Shown here: positions 11,771 to 25,129 of the stretch, one piece after another | How the letters are laid out: every line of letters begins with the position of its first letter | How positions within the stretch are numbered: position 1 is the first letter of the stretch | Assembly: GCF_006345805.1 (NCBI RefSeq) | Contig: NC_042999.1 | Location: 100,874,001-100,938,000 of the forward strand | Length of the DNA stretch: 64,000 nt | Source: Octopus sinensis | Taxonomy: Eukaryota | Direction of reading: 5' to 3' | Position numbers and translations under genes: made by a program | Notes under the pieces: model-generated | What the model saw: only the letters and a program-made list of their open reading frames with translations | Told to the model about the DNA's origin: nothing | Databases searched by the model: none

Positions 11771-14545
11771 GTGACTGGTGATTTCAATGGACATGTTGGA
11801 CAATATGTAGGGGGCTTCCATGGCATACATGGAGACTATGGTTTTGGTTCCTGCAATGAGGAGGGAACCAGGCTGCTGGAGTTCTGTGATGCAAATGATC
11901 TTATGGTTTGCAATACTAACTTCAGGAAACCTGCCAGTCACCTACTGATCTGGTAGGCACACTAGTCAGATTGACTACATCATCACCAGGGAAAGGGAAA
12001 GATGGCTACTTATAAATGCCAAAACTTTCTCAGGCGAAGAATGTACCCCACAACATAGACTAGTAGTTAGCGACTTCAGGATCAGGGCTAAATGGATGCC
12101 CAGAAGACGACCAGCATGGAGGAGAAGGGTCTGGAAGCTTAAAGATCCTGCAAATGGACAGAGATTTTGAGACGTATTACTCGAAGCTTTTGATGAAATA
12201 GAGGTAGATATAGCATCACATGATGTTGAAGACAACTGGAGGTTTCTACGGGACAACCTGCTGAGGGACACTGATCAGATCTGTGGATGGTGTAAAGTCC
12301 CCTCTCAATCCAAAGTAACGTGGTAGTGGAACAATGTTGTTGACAGGGCCATTAGGGAAAAGAAATGGGCTTGGAAGGACGGGAAGAGCAGTGGTAGCAG
12401 GTGATATATGAAGGTGATACATGAAGGAGTCATACCCAATGACTGGTGTAGCAGCAGCACCATAGTCAACTGCTACAAAGGTAAAGGTGACACATTAGAT
12501 AATTAAAGAGGTATCAAACTGTTGGATCAGGTAATGAAAGTCATGGAGAGGGTTGTAGCCCAACTAATTAGAGAGAGAGTCAGTCTAGACGAGATGCAGT
12601 TTGGGTTTGTGCCAGGGGAAAAGCACCACTGATGCTATATTTCTGGTAAGACAGCTGCAGGAGAAATACCTAGCCAAAGATAAAGCCCTGTACTTGGCTT
12701 TCTTTGACATGGAGAAAGCCTTTGACAGTTTCCCCCGATCCTTTATCTGGTGGTCAATGAGGAAACTAAGGATAAATGAATGGCTAGTGAGAGCTGTGCA
12801 AGCCATGTACAGGGACACTGTCAGTAAGGTGAGGGTTGGCAATGAGTACAGTGAAGAATTCTGGGTCGAGTAGGGGTCCACCAAGGTTCAGTCATCAGCC
12901 CCCCCTCCTTCTATTTATCATAGTCCTACAGGTAATAACAAAAGAATTTAAGACAGGATGCCCCTGGGAGCTCCTCTATGCTGATGACCTTGCTCTTATT
13001 GCTGAGTCACTATCAGAACTAGAGGAGAAGTTTTAGGTGTGGAAGCAAGGATTAGAATCAAAGGGCCTTACAGTCAACCTAGCTAAAACCAAAGTCCTAA
13101 TAAGTAGGAAAGCAGACAAGCCCCAAATGCCTTCAGGTAGATGGCCCTGCTCGATCTGTAGAAAAGTCGTAGATAGAAACTCTATAAAATGTACCCAGTG
13201 TAAGCAATGGACATATAGAGGCACAGCAATATCAAAGGAAGGCTAACTGGGAAGATAGTTTTTGTATGTGGCAGATGCTCAGGAGCAATAAACACTGGAA
13301 ATGTGCAGAGAACAACTTCTATCACATTCCAGGGAGAAAAACCAGAAGTAGTTGACAGCTTCTGTTACCTAGGTGACCAAGTCAGCAGCGGGGGTGGATG
13401 CTCTGAAAGTGTAGCTGCTAGAATAAGAATAGCTTGGGCAAAGTTCAGAGAGCTCCTACCTCTGCTAGTGACAAAGGGTTTCTCACTCAGAGTAAAAAGT
13501 AGACTGTATGATGCATGTGTACAAACAGCCATGCTACATGGCAGTGAAACATAGGCTGTGACTGCTGAGGACATGTGTAAGCTTGCAAGGAATGAAGCCA
13601 GTATGCTCCACTGGATGTGTAATGTCAATGTGCATACACAACAGTGTAAGCAACTTGAGAGAAAAGTAATATCTAAGAAGTATCAGATGTGGTGCGCAAG
13701 AGAGATGACTGTGCTGGTATGGTCATGTGGTGCGAATGGATGGGGACAGCTGTGTGAAAAAGTATCACATTCTAGCAGTTGGGGGAATCTGTGGAAGAGG
13801 CAGACCCAGGAAGACCTGGGATGAGGTGGTGAAGCACGACCTTCGAATACTGGGCCTCACCGAGGCAATGACTAGTGACTGAGACCTTTGGAAATATGCT
13901 GTGCTTGCGAAGACATGGCAAGCCAAGTAAGACCATAACCCATGGCCTATGCCAGTGGTGTAACCAGCCTACTTATGCATGCCTTTCTTTCATTGGGCAC
14001 AAAACTTTGCTTGCAAAGACCTGTTAGAGCAAGTTAAATCACAATCAAAATCAAATTTGCTAATGTGACTGATGACAGCACCTCCTGACTGGCACCCATA
14101 CCAGTGGAATGTTAAAGCACCATCTGAGCGTGATTGTTGCCAAGGCCACTACTGGTTCCTGTGCTGGTGGCACATAAAAAGCACCATTCGAGTGTGATCA
14201 TTACCGGCATTGCCTTACTGGCATTTGTGCTGGTGGCACATGAAAAACAATATTCGAGCGAGGTCATTGCTAGTGCTGCTGGACTGGCTCCTGTGCAGGT
14301 GGCACATAGAAAGCACCATTTGAGCGTGGCCGTCACCAGTACCGCCTGACTGGCCCTCGTGCCAGTGGCATGTAAAAAGCACCCACTACACTCTCGGAGT
14401 GGTTGGCGTTAGGAAGGGCATCCAGCTGTAGAAAGGCTGCCAGATCAGATTGGAGCCTGGTACAGCCATCTGCTCACCAGTCCTCAGTCAAACTGTCCAA
14501 CCCATGCCAGCATGGAAAGTGAATATTAAACAATGATGATGATGA
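11771..14545 (+). mobile_element. RTE-clade LINE, 5'-truncated and inactive, including its 3' UTR
   Basis: The APE endonuclease C-terminus reads TGDFNGHVG...GYGFGSCNEEGTRLLEFCDANDL.VCNTNFRK...SQIDYI. The RT motifs are GF.PG.STTDAIFLVRQLQEKY...FFDMEKAFD and WELLYADDLAL. C-terminal motifs are WPCSICRK and VDSFCYLGDQVSSGGGCSES. There are many stops and frameshifts and a large internal deletion near 12400. The 3' UTR carries a ~65-bp repeat array and a (GAT)n tail. Confidence 0.95.
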
Positions 14546-14559
14546 TAAAGATATATATA

Positions 14560-15015
14560 ATCAAATCAGATATCAGAAATCAGAACCAAAATCGAAGTCG
14601 ATCAACATCAATGGAAAATGCAGCTGGGATACCAGTGCCGGTGACAAGTAAGCAAACCATCCGATCGTGGCCGTTGCCAGCGCCGCCCTGAGTGGCCTCT
14701 GTGCCGGTGGAACGTAAAAAGCACCATCCGATCATGGCCGTTGCCAGCCTCGCCTGGCCCCCGTGCCGGTGGCACATAAATAGCACCATCCGTCCGTGGC
14801 CGTTTGCCAACCCCGTCTAGCACCTGTGCAGGTGGTACGTAAAAAGCACCCACTACACTCACGGAGTGGTTGGCATTAGGAAGGGCATCCAGCCGTAGAA
14901 ACACTGCCAGATCAGACTGGGCCTGATGCAGCCTTCTGGCTTCCCAGACCCCAGTTGAACCGTCCAACCCATGCTAGCATGGAAAGCGGACGCTAAATGA
15001 TGATGATGATGATGA
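14560..15015 (+). mobile_element. Second, less decayed RTE 3'-UTR copy in tandem with the first
   Basis: Same layout (repeat array, ggaagggcatccagc, catgctagcatggaaagcggacg, (GAT)n) but with CpGs retained. Confidence 0.85.
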
Positions 15016-15039
15016 TATTGAATGATATATATGTTTCGA

Positions 15040-15505
15040 GCAAAGATTGGTCCAGGCCATGTCTAACTTAATAGCACCACCTGATAGGATTATCTAAATC
15101 CTGTTTAAATCAAGTTTTGTTTATGGTCCATTCAAGTAGTGAGTTCTTGTTGAGTGAGTGGTATCCAGGTATGGGTGGCTTATCTGGTATTCCTTGAAGA
15201 AATCTGTCCAGACTCCATTTAAAGAAGGTGGGATCCTTTTCCTCTTTGATCTCTTTCGGGACAATGTTAAATAGGGCAGGGCCTGTTGAGGAAAAGAAAT
15301 TGTATCACAGTGTACCTATATGTTGTGATCCTGAATTGGCAGGGGACGTATAGCCCATGGTCCCTGCCTTGAATGAACCTTGAAACTAATGTTCAGGTTG
15401 TTTGGGCAATGTTAGTGGTATATTCTCCACATCATACAAATGATGTACCACTCGCGGTGGTGCTGGAGACAGTAGAGTTTCAAGGCGGTCCCAATTATTG
15501 AGATG
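15040..15505 (-). mobile_element. CR1/L2-group LINE 3' end fragment
   Basis: Minus translation FSSTGPALFNIVPKEIKEEKDPTFFKWSLDRFLQGIPDKPPIPGYHSLNKNSLLEW is typical of CR1-group ORF2 C-termini (GP.LFN.LP..IR...FK..LD.FL..IPD.P..PGY). Confidence 0.8.
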
Positions 15506-15508
15506 AAT

Positions 15509-15554
<46 letters not shown>

Positions 15555-15641
15555 GAATATATATAGGTGCAGGAGTGGCTGTGTGGTAAGTAGCTTACTT
15601 ATATATAATGAAAAATGCATTAAATACCACAAAAACATCCT

Positions 15642-15676
<35 letters not shown>

Positions 15677-15966
15677 CACATACACACAGATATGTATATG
15701 TAGATATACTTATGTATATCTACATATATTAGGAAAAAATCAAAAGGGCCCAGAAAATCGAAACAAATGAAACAAAGAATACATACAAAACCTTAAAAAT
15801 GTAAGTGGAATACGTGCAAGTTGCAGTATATCCTGAGGAAAGCTAAAAGTTTATGGATAAAAAGAAATTCAACAAGGATAACAGTGAATAAGATGTGAGG
15901 AAATTGAAAAACACAAATCATAACAATAATAATCTCAGGAATAAGAACAAACCTAAGTGAAATCCA

Positions 15967-16014
<48 letters not shown>

Positions 16015-17564
16015 GGCAGGAAACTGATTTGGATAAAGGATGCTGTTTGGACATCACAGTGGTTATGGGCATGTGGGAGTGTTTGGAGTGCACTGTTTAA
16101 TCTTAGTGAGTTTCTTGCCTGTGGTCACTGTCCTTAATGGCAGCAGTGTCAATTATGTTTTTAGGAGAAGAGGAGGGGAGAAAGGGAAATAATTATGGAG
16201 AAGTGATGAGGGAGAATAAGAAGAGAAGTATCTTATGTTCATGGAAAATTATAATTGATAAAGCAATAGTAGATGAAATGAGTTCTTCGTATGATTGAGA
16301 TGACTATTATCAACGAAAGTTTTATATTCAATGATCATACAGGAAATCAAAATTAGAGTCAAGCCATGATTCCTAGAAAACATTTTCTTTCTTTTCATTC
16401 AATGTGCAATCATAATTATGACTTCAAAAAATATATCATGGTTGGTAGATAACCTTCCTGAATAAGTAGTGATTTGTGGATAAGTAATTTGTGTGATTCG
16501 GTGAATAATCTCAGTAATTCTTCAGAAATTATCTTGTGGGAAAAATCAATTCCTTGTAGATAGTATTTCAGGGTTTGAAGAGAAAGCTGTTTAATGATTT
16601 GAGAAATAAGATATATATAATACTCTGGATGCTTTTTATTGTTGTATTTTTTGCCTTCTAAGTCACCAGGGCCTTTAAGCATCCATGCTTATTCGTAGTG
16701 ATATGGTGTAATGTGATGAAAACACCTCTTTCACTGAATAGAAAGTTGGTCTATTACAAATCTCATTCCTAGATAATCTGTCACCTATTCCCAACAGCTT
16801 GATGAACTGAAGTAATGTAGAGTAGAATATTTTGTCTAGAAACAATAGAAGCCCCACCCCCAACTATTAGATCTAAAATCATGTCAAATGAGAACAATAT
16901 TAGTGAAAGTAGAAAATTTAAACAAATGTACTTATGTAGTGAGGAAAAGACATTAAGCTCAATGACAAGTAATATTTTCATCATTTCAACAAGTATGGGA
17001 GACAACTCTAATTATGTTTTGGTTTTATTGGACTTTCTCAGTAAAACTTATACCTCACCACACATTGCAATAGTAACATGTACGGTGAGAATCACTAAGT
17101 AGTTGTATGATCTTGTACATTAGTTGATGGGAAAAATTAGCATTAAAAAAACTCAGTAAAATAAAGCACTGAGGTAAATTACTCAAAGACAAAATAAAAT
17201 TTGTTTATTTCTGTCATCTGGGTTCTATATATGTTAGTATGGTGAACATTTGAATGAACAAAGTGTCTTAAATAACACTCATCCACCAAGTTCAAGAAAA
17301 TATTCTTCAGCAGCTACTTTTAAATGATATAACCAGTATTTGTATAAACAATCTTTTCATCAACTCTTAATTAGGTCTCATAAGAATTTCAAGATAAAAG
17401 TTAAATATTTTTTCCATGCTTTTGTAGTGAAGGATACAAAAATATATTTTGTAATACTTTTTATTCTATAGCCATGTTGTAAAATTATAAGTCAGTTGCA
17501 AGGCTAACAGTTACTTTTATCCAATGTTTGCAAGTTCAAATCTAAGCATCTATTATCTTTTGTT

Positions 17565-17977
17565 TTTTATGTTTCAATCATTAGACTGTAGCCATGCTGG
17601 GGCACTGCTTTGAAAGAATTTTCAGTCTAATGAACTGATCCCAGTACCTATTTTTTTTTTAAGCCTAGCATTTCTTCTATTGGTCTCTTTTGTCAAATTG
17701 ATGGGTTATGGGGGTGTAAACACACTAACACTGGTTGTTAAGCAGTGGTGGGAGACAAAACACAGGCACAAAGACACATACACGCATGCACACACATACA
17801 TACATACACACACACAATGGATTTCTTTCAGTTTCCATCTCCCAAATCCACTCACAAATTTTTGGTCAACCTGTGGCTATAGTAGAAGACACTTGCCTAA
17901 AGGTTTCACACAGTAGAACTGAACCTGGAACCATGTGGTTGGAAAACAAGCTTCTTACTATACAGTCATGCCTGTGC
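17565..17977 (-). mobile_element. SINE family A, diverged
   Basis: Reverse complement of the 3703-4128 element, including the internal CA tract. Confidence 0.8.
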
Positions 17978-18321
17978 ATGTCAAATTATTGCTACTTTTT
18001 ATCGCTAAATTTATAACTAATAATTCTTCAACAATCTCTTGCACTATTTATAAATTTTCACCCTCCAGGATATTTCATTTATTATTTATTATTTTTTTTT
18101 TTGGTGGTCGTGGGCAGCTAATTGATCTGAATATGAATTTAAATGAAAGAATGCGAAAATAGTAATATATACATGAAATAAAATGAAAAGAAAAAGAAAA
18201 GATAAATGAATCTAAATAAATTTTTCAACAAATCTGGTTACTATTATCTGACAAGCAGTAGGTGTTAACCTGTAAAGTGCTTATGGATATACAGATATTT
18301 TTCTGCTGAGTTATTTCTTAC

Positions 18322-18549
18322 CTTCACTGTGGGAGAGAACAGTGCCTTCACACCATTTCTAAGTTTACTTGGTAAAGGTAATTTCCTGAGTTTATTTTCT
18401 TCTCGAATGGCTTTCTGTATAGTTCTTTGGCAATAAAACTGGAGTGGGGGCACTATCTTGCTAATCCAAGCTACATAAATCTCACAGCCTGATGCTATAA
18501 ACAACCTGCGGTCATTGTGGCCCCATGTCAGAGCAGTCACTGGTCTTCC
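18322..18549 (-). CDS. TULP4: TULP4 coding exon (last WD40 segment plus SOCS box)
   Basis: Acceptor cttctttttcAG at 18551-18550 and donor GTAAGA from 18321. The exon is 228 nt (phase 0/0). It encodes GRPVTALTWGHNDRRLFIASGCEIYVAWISKIVPPLQFYCQRTIQKAIREENKLRKLPLPSKLRNGVKALFSPTVK, with a SOCS box LQ..C...I...LPLP..L and the TULP4 motif WGH.D.RL..ASG. Confidence 0.93.
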
Positions 18550-19614
18550 CTGAAAAAGAAGGAAAGAAACAATAAATCAAGTTGAAGCGTAATAGAAACA
18601 ATAAACTATCTGATTTTCTTTCAAATTTTTAACCATTGTAGCTTCATTTAGCTGAATATTTGGCCGTTATACCTACCTACTCTTGGGTGTTTCCTTATTT
18701 CCATAAACATTAAAACCAGTCGAAAATAATTCACCATGTATCTATATTGATTAAACTGATTTCAACCTGATATACACTATTCTCATGGCTGCCATATCCT
18801 ACATACTTTGATATTGTTCTCCTCTTGCAGTGATGAAGATTTTGATAAACCATCTTATTTACAACATACCATTCTACTGGAGACCATTTCTGATCCTATA
18901 GCACAAAATGCATTGTTCTAAAGTGTTCATATTAATATTATAATTTTCCATCATAATTTTATGTAAGAACCTTTTATTATGTTCCAAGCACTAGCACAAT
19001 ATTGAAAAATCCCGATAACCAGATATACTTTCAAAATCTCAAGTACTTTCAAATTTTATTGAAGCACATATATAGTGCATTTCATTAGAATTATGGCCAT
19101 TAAAAAATTGTTTATTCAAAGTCTTTTATGAGAAAAAAATACTGCATATTATGAAAAAATAATACATTATTCCATATAAGCCTATTTGGAAGAAACACTG
19201 TAAAAGGATTAGATATCTCAGAGCACTAAATGGTGTGCTATTTGAATATCAATCATATGAAAACAGAATAAACATGAGAGGAAACTGTGAAAGAGACTGA
19301 AATAATTGCTGCTCTTGAGAGATATACTGTATCCTATACTGAAATTGGTATTAAAGAGCAGATCCTCACAATGGGAACCAGGGTAGTCCTCTCTAAATCC
19401 TTGTACTCCAATATATGTAACCAGATATATTACATCTAACTAGGAGTATACCTAGTTAGGTGTAGTCAGTATGTAAACTAGAACATCTATTTCTGTATTA
19501 TGGAATAACATATAGTGCAATACACCTAGAAGCTGAATCCCTCTGGTATTACGGGTCAGTCATGGCTCCAGATACCAGCCACTACTAAGATAATTTACAG
19601 TACCATTACAATAT

Positions 19615-19720
19615 AGTCAAAACCTTCTACTTTTTCCTTATGTGCATTAATGACTTGCTTCTAACGCACTACAATGTAGATGATATCACCCTTTGCACCT
19701 CCTTAACTTTTTGTTCATGT
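19615..19720 (+). mobile_element. Possible small relic of a LINE RT core
   Basis: Frame reads FFLMCINDLLLTHYNVDDITLC, resembling LFL.YINDL...YADD.TL. Confidence 0.35.
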
Positions 19721-20089
19721 GTGCTCATCCTGCTTGCAACCTAGATACCTTATGCCATCTTTGCACTGCCATCTGTTTTGATAATTGTTTAGTGAAGCAA
19801 CACAAAGACTATTGATTCAGTCAAATCATGCGATCAGGTTTGAAGGAGACACAAAAACCTAATCTGCTTCAACAGCCTTAGCAGTTGACTAGAGGTTTGA
19901 TTGCATTACCTATCACAATATCACAATACATATCAAGGATGTTTTGTACATCTTTCCAAAATTAAAGTTTCACAACAAGTAACATTTTATAGTAAACTCA
20001 TATGCATAACATTGCTAAAACAGCAACCCCCACTAAGATGCTCTTCAGGAGTAAAGAAATATTTCAACCTTTACCATTGTTATTATCAA

Positions 20090-20495
20090 GGTGGTGAGCT
20101 GGTAAAATCATCAGCACACCAGACAAAATGCTTCGTAGCATTTCTTCTGCCTTCTGAGTTCTGAGTTCAAATGCTGCTGAGGTAAACTTTGCCTTTCATC
20201 CTTTCAGGGTCAATAAAGTAAGTACTAGTTGAGCACTGAAGTTGATGCAATTAACTAGCCCCCTCTCACCAAAATTTCAAGCCTTGTGCCTATTGTATAA
20301 AGGGTTATTGTCATTGTCATCGGCACCGATGGGGCAGCAAGCTGGCAGAATCATTAGCATGCCAGACAAAGTGCTTGATACCAATCCTTTATAGTCTTTA
20401 TAGTCTGAGTTCAAATTCTACCAAGATTGACTTTGCCTTTCAGGGTCAAGAAAATAAACACCAGTTGAAAATTTGTGCCTATAGTAGAAAGGTTT
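20090..20495 (+). mobile_element. Two adjacent SINE family B copies (about 20090-20312 and 20330-20495) followed by an (ATT)n/(AGT)n tail
   Basis: Both begin ggtggtgagctggtaaaatc / gggcagcaagctggcagaatc and contain ctgagttcaaat...gactttgcctttc. Confidence 0.7.
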
Positions 20496-22041
20496 ATTAT
20501 CATTATTATTATTATTATTATTATCATTATTATTATTATTATTAGTAGTAGTAGTAGTAGTAGTAGTGTTATTATTTACCCTCTACAAAACTCATGTAAG
20601 TCACATCAAGACCAAAGCTGCTTCTACATACATATGACTTAACTATATCTTCCCCTTTTACAAAGGAGTAGTTTTCTCTTAACTAGTTAGTTGCACTTCC
20701 TTATCCTCAGTTGCATGAATCACATTTGTCTATCTGCTACTCATCACTTCTACAATAGCCCACTCCCAAGATCTTGTACTAAACACTTCACCTAATCTTT
20801 TTTTCTGATAACAGTGTCCATCTAAAATTTGTTTTCTGCCTATGTACTTTCTCAGTAATGATCAACTACCAATGATCAAACTGAACATCAACTACATCAG
20901 TATCACCAATTTAGGAGATTTTGCAGTGGTCATGGAAACTACATCTCCTTAATCAAAAGCAGAATATTTATAACATAAATTATAATTTATTTATACTGGA
21001 CTTCACCAATTTATAATAGAAACAGAAAATCTTTATGCCTCACTACAATCTAGTGATAACATCCGATTCTAAACTAATAAATTATTAAAACCTTAAGTTG
21101 TTCCAACTAAAACACTAAGAATAGCAAAAATCTGCAACTGACTTTATGTTAGAGGAAACTCAAAAGAACATTAGTAGCAGGAGTGTGTAACCTGAATGCA
21201 CTGAGCATTTAATTCTTAAAGAGACAATCCTGCTGGCTCTCCTAATGCGTATAAAACAGCTTAACTACCCTAGCAGTTAACCAGGGGTCTGGTTGCACTG
21301 TCAAACCTCCAGACAGTCTTAATTTGTATTCCTCTTTCTATGAAGAGATTGTTGTAATCTAACCACTAGACAAGAGAGACAGTTTATGCAAATTTCTTTT
21401 CCAGAAGTTAGTCTTCTCACATGGATGTGATGAATATTAAATGGAGACTGGCATTAAAGACAACATTCAACACATTAAGTTTTTGCTGTTGCAGATAACT
21501 AGAATTTAAAAACATAAAATTAAGCCTTAGATCTACACAACAGTGTTTCTTTTACAACATATCTCCCATACAATTCCATGAAGGAGTATCTATGAGGTTG
21601 CTCAACCTACAAGAAATAGAAGCCAAGTCTCTCTCATAACCCACTCTACGGCTTAGAAAAATGGTAAAATACATTGGGCAATGCAGTTCTAGATATACTT
21701 ATCTAAAAGAATGTCACAACTATTGATAGAATGCCTTTGATCCTAGTTCTGCTGAAACAGAGCTGACTTAGGAGTAAACAACAAGAACATCCACTAGATT
21801 ATGTTGACCTGTATAAAGCTATTGTGTATTGTTTTGAAATGAGTGTAACTCCAGTTGGTAAACAAACTACCCATTCACAGAAAAATATAGTTTAGTTCTA
21901 TTAGTAGCTGGTAAATAAAGTAAAGTAAATGAACTTCACATCAATTTTGATGATTATTCTAGTAGTTCAATCAACTTAGCTACACACTGTAAGTACATTA
22001 GTGGCTAAGTATTCCAAAGACATGTGTACTTTTAATGTAAT

Positions 22042-22340
22042 CATCATCATCATCATCATCGTTTAGCGTCCGCTTTCCATGCTAGCATGGGTTGGACGGT
22101 TCAACTGGGGTCTGGGAAGCCAGAAGGCTGCACCAGGCCCAGTTTGATCTGGCAATGTTACTACGGCTGGATGCCCTTCCTAACGCCAACCACTCCATGA
22201 GTGTAGTGGGTGCTTTTTACGTGCCAGACGAGTCTGGCAAACGGCCACGATCAGATGGTGCTTTTTATGTGCTACTGGCACAAGGGCCAGGCGAGGCTGG
22301 CAACGGCCACGAGCGGATGATGCTTTTTACGTGCCACTTC
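22042..22340 (-). mobile_element. RTE 3'-tail copy
   Basis: Near-identical reverse complement of 14700-15015, with a (CAT)n tail on the plus strand. Confidence 0.85.
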
Positions 22341-23447
22341 AGGCAAAATCAATATGATGTATTTTGTGAGAAAGCTAAGCCTTTGAATTACATGGATGAG
22401 TCATCTGGCTACCTAATTTTATTCACAAGGCTCAAACTGAAATGCAGCTATAGTAGAAGACACTTACCAAAAATATGAATGAACCTCAAAACTCACAAAA
22501 CTTTTGAATCATTCAGCCATGTTTATGTCTACTGGTAAACAGAACGTAAACATCTTTATAGACTAAAATGCGGTTATTTCTGACTTGGGATTAATATTTA
22601 TTCTATCACATTTTTGATATATTGCAACTTTGTTCCTTATCCTAAGAAAAGTTTATTAAAAATAATAGAGAATGTGGCAAAATTGGATTATCCTAACTTG
22701 AACAACATTAATTTAAAGTGATTTTTTTTCTTTTTGTCCCCAGCTAAGACTGGCTCTAGTATAGCATAAATATGTATACAGATTAGAGATAACTTTGGTA
22801 AAATTTTAGCTTTGAGTCTTGAGTTAAAATCTGTTTGCTATAGTTAAATGGGTAAAAGCATTTTAATGCATGGAACATTAAAAAGCTAAAGTAGGAGGAA
22901 ATATTCATTCAGAGACAAAAATATCCTTTTGTGATTATTATTTTTATTTTTGAGGTAGAAATATTTGAAAGACCATTCTGGACATGTTTCTGTTTAATAA
23001 AAAATCATAAGTAGGATTGTAGATTGCCAAAGTGTTTGAAAATGATTGTGAAACATATGATCTAAATAATACTCTGCACCAATGTTGTACCAATTCTCTA
23101 TTTCACCTCAGCTCCAAAGCCAAGACAACTAGGTAGAGTTGAATTACAGATCTTTAATATGTTACTGTAAGTACCTCTTCTAATATTTATATCAACCTGC
23201 TAATTCTACTCTTGCTATAAATATTATACAAATTAAATATTTTTGCATAATTCAATGTATAACAGAAAAAAATAAAGGATTGAAATGAAAATTAGGCCTT
23301 TCAACTGATAAAATCAGTTATTGGAAAGGTAAATTAATCCAAATACCATGGTCAAGGAAAGGGTATATTAAGTTGAGATTTTCCATCTGGTGTGGCATCA
23401 CAACAGAAATGTTTTAGTATGAAATATTGGGTAAGAAAGCAGAAGCT

Positions 23448-23494
<47 letters not shown>

Positions 23495-23539
23495 AATAAT
23501 AATAATAATAACAACAACAACAACAATAACAACAATAAC

Positions 23540-23755
23540 CCTTTCTATTGTACACACAAGGCCTGAAATTTTGGTAGGAGTGGACTAGTTGATTACATTA
23601 ACCACAATGTTTCACTGATACTTAATTTATAGACCTTGAAAGGATGAAAGACAAAGTCGACCTCAACAGAATTTGAACTCAGAATGTAGCAACAGACGAA
23701 ATACCACTAAGCACTTCACCTGGCAGACTAACGATTCTGTCAGCTCACTGCCATT
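23540..23755 (-). mobile_element. SINE family B
   Basis: Homologous to 8125-8340 and 47050-47225. Confidence 0.75.
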
Positions 23756-23784
23756 TTAATAATAATAATAATAATAATAATAAT

Positions 23785-24330
23785 TGCAGTACCAGGCAGT
23801 GGCTCTCATGGCTTCTGATCTTAACTGATTGGAAGTGTTATCATGTACATTGTTTTGTCTTGGTATAAAAGATGGGCTACCGCAAATATTCTGCTCAGTA
23901 CCACAGATTTGCTTGTCAGTTGTTTGACTTTAACCAGTTGAGCATGTCCCTTAGTGGCTGACGATATGTGCATCTCTGATCATGAGCAGAAGTAGTGGGG
24001 GAGCATCATAGCCATGTGTTGAGAGGGATTCTTTGGGTTTGAATAATTCACCTCTGGAAACATGGGTGTTTCATTCAACATCCTTAAACAACCCTTATTC
24101 AGGGACCTTTCGAGTGGGATGGGTTACTCGACCTGAAGAAAATTCTAACTGGGCCCCACCTGCAAGGTCATGTGCTGTTTATTTTGATATGAGATCACCA
24201 TGTCACGCACATATGGTTGTGATGCATGTGCCTAGTGTACTCTTATCAGAGGGGTAGTCATGATGGGTATACTGGGCTTCGTATATTTTACCCCAGTGTC
24301 ACTTTGATGGCATGCACTGCTCTCTCACTC
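23785..24330 (+). mobile_element. ~550-bp interspersed non-coding element, family C, flanked by (AAT)n
   Basis: Runs from gcagtaccaggcagtggc to ctctctcactc(AAT)n. Two more copies lie at 47257-48380. Confidence 0.85.
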
Positions 24331-24370
24331 AATAATAATAATAATAATAATAATAATCATAATAATAATG

Positions 24371-24422
<52 letters not shown>

Positions 24423-25129
24423 TGATGTGCTCAAGAGAAAAAGATCAAAAATCTTTATAAAAGAATAGATAAGATAACTTGTTAAGTATATAACTATTGG
24501 AAAGATGCACAATGGAAGGTGAAAGATTGTTTCAAATCATTAGTTTAGCTGAAAAAGTATTGGAAATGATGAGAGTATCATCACAGATGCAAAAACAAGA
24601 CACAGTACAGTAAAGAACTTGTTACTTTTAGTAGTATTTTAAAATATTTTACATGAGTTAAAATATTAAGAAAAATTCAAGCAAAAAGCAAACCAAAATA
24701 GAAAAGAAAAAAAACCAATTTATTTTCAAGAATTACCAAATAACTTATAACATGCTCAAGCATGTGTGACTATCCAGACTATTCATTTGATATCATGGAT
24801 AAGAGTTGGATATTTCATACTAGGTTCTGGTGACAACTATAATGCAAAGTAGTTTTTAAAACAGTAAATGTAACGGAAGAAAAGGTTATAGAAATATTTT
24901 GATAGATTTTTTTTTCTGTTTTTCTTCAAGAGACTAATGAACCAGAAATTTACTTGTTTTAATATTTTATGTTTAGTGAAGCAACACTGTGACTGATTAT
25001 TGGGTGTGTCAGTCATTCACAATACTACTTCACTTGGTTTTATATATATATATATATATCCCAAAATTATATATTATGGAGTAATTGCCCTTCCTAATGC
25101 CAATTACTCCATCCCACCGCTGCCAGGAG

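Noticed and set aside
14099-14850. Palindromic repeat array as a CRISPR array
   Set aside because: The context is eukaryotic, the spacers are homologous to one another, there are no cas genes, and the array is part of a LINE 3' UTR.
16416-17102. Cluster of short ORFs with faint retroelement-like words
   Set aside because: No motif is strong enough to assign a family.
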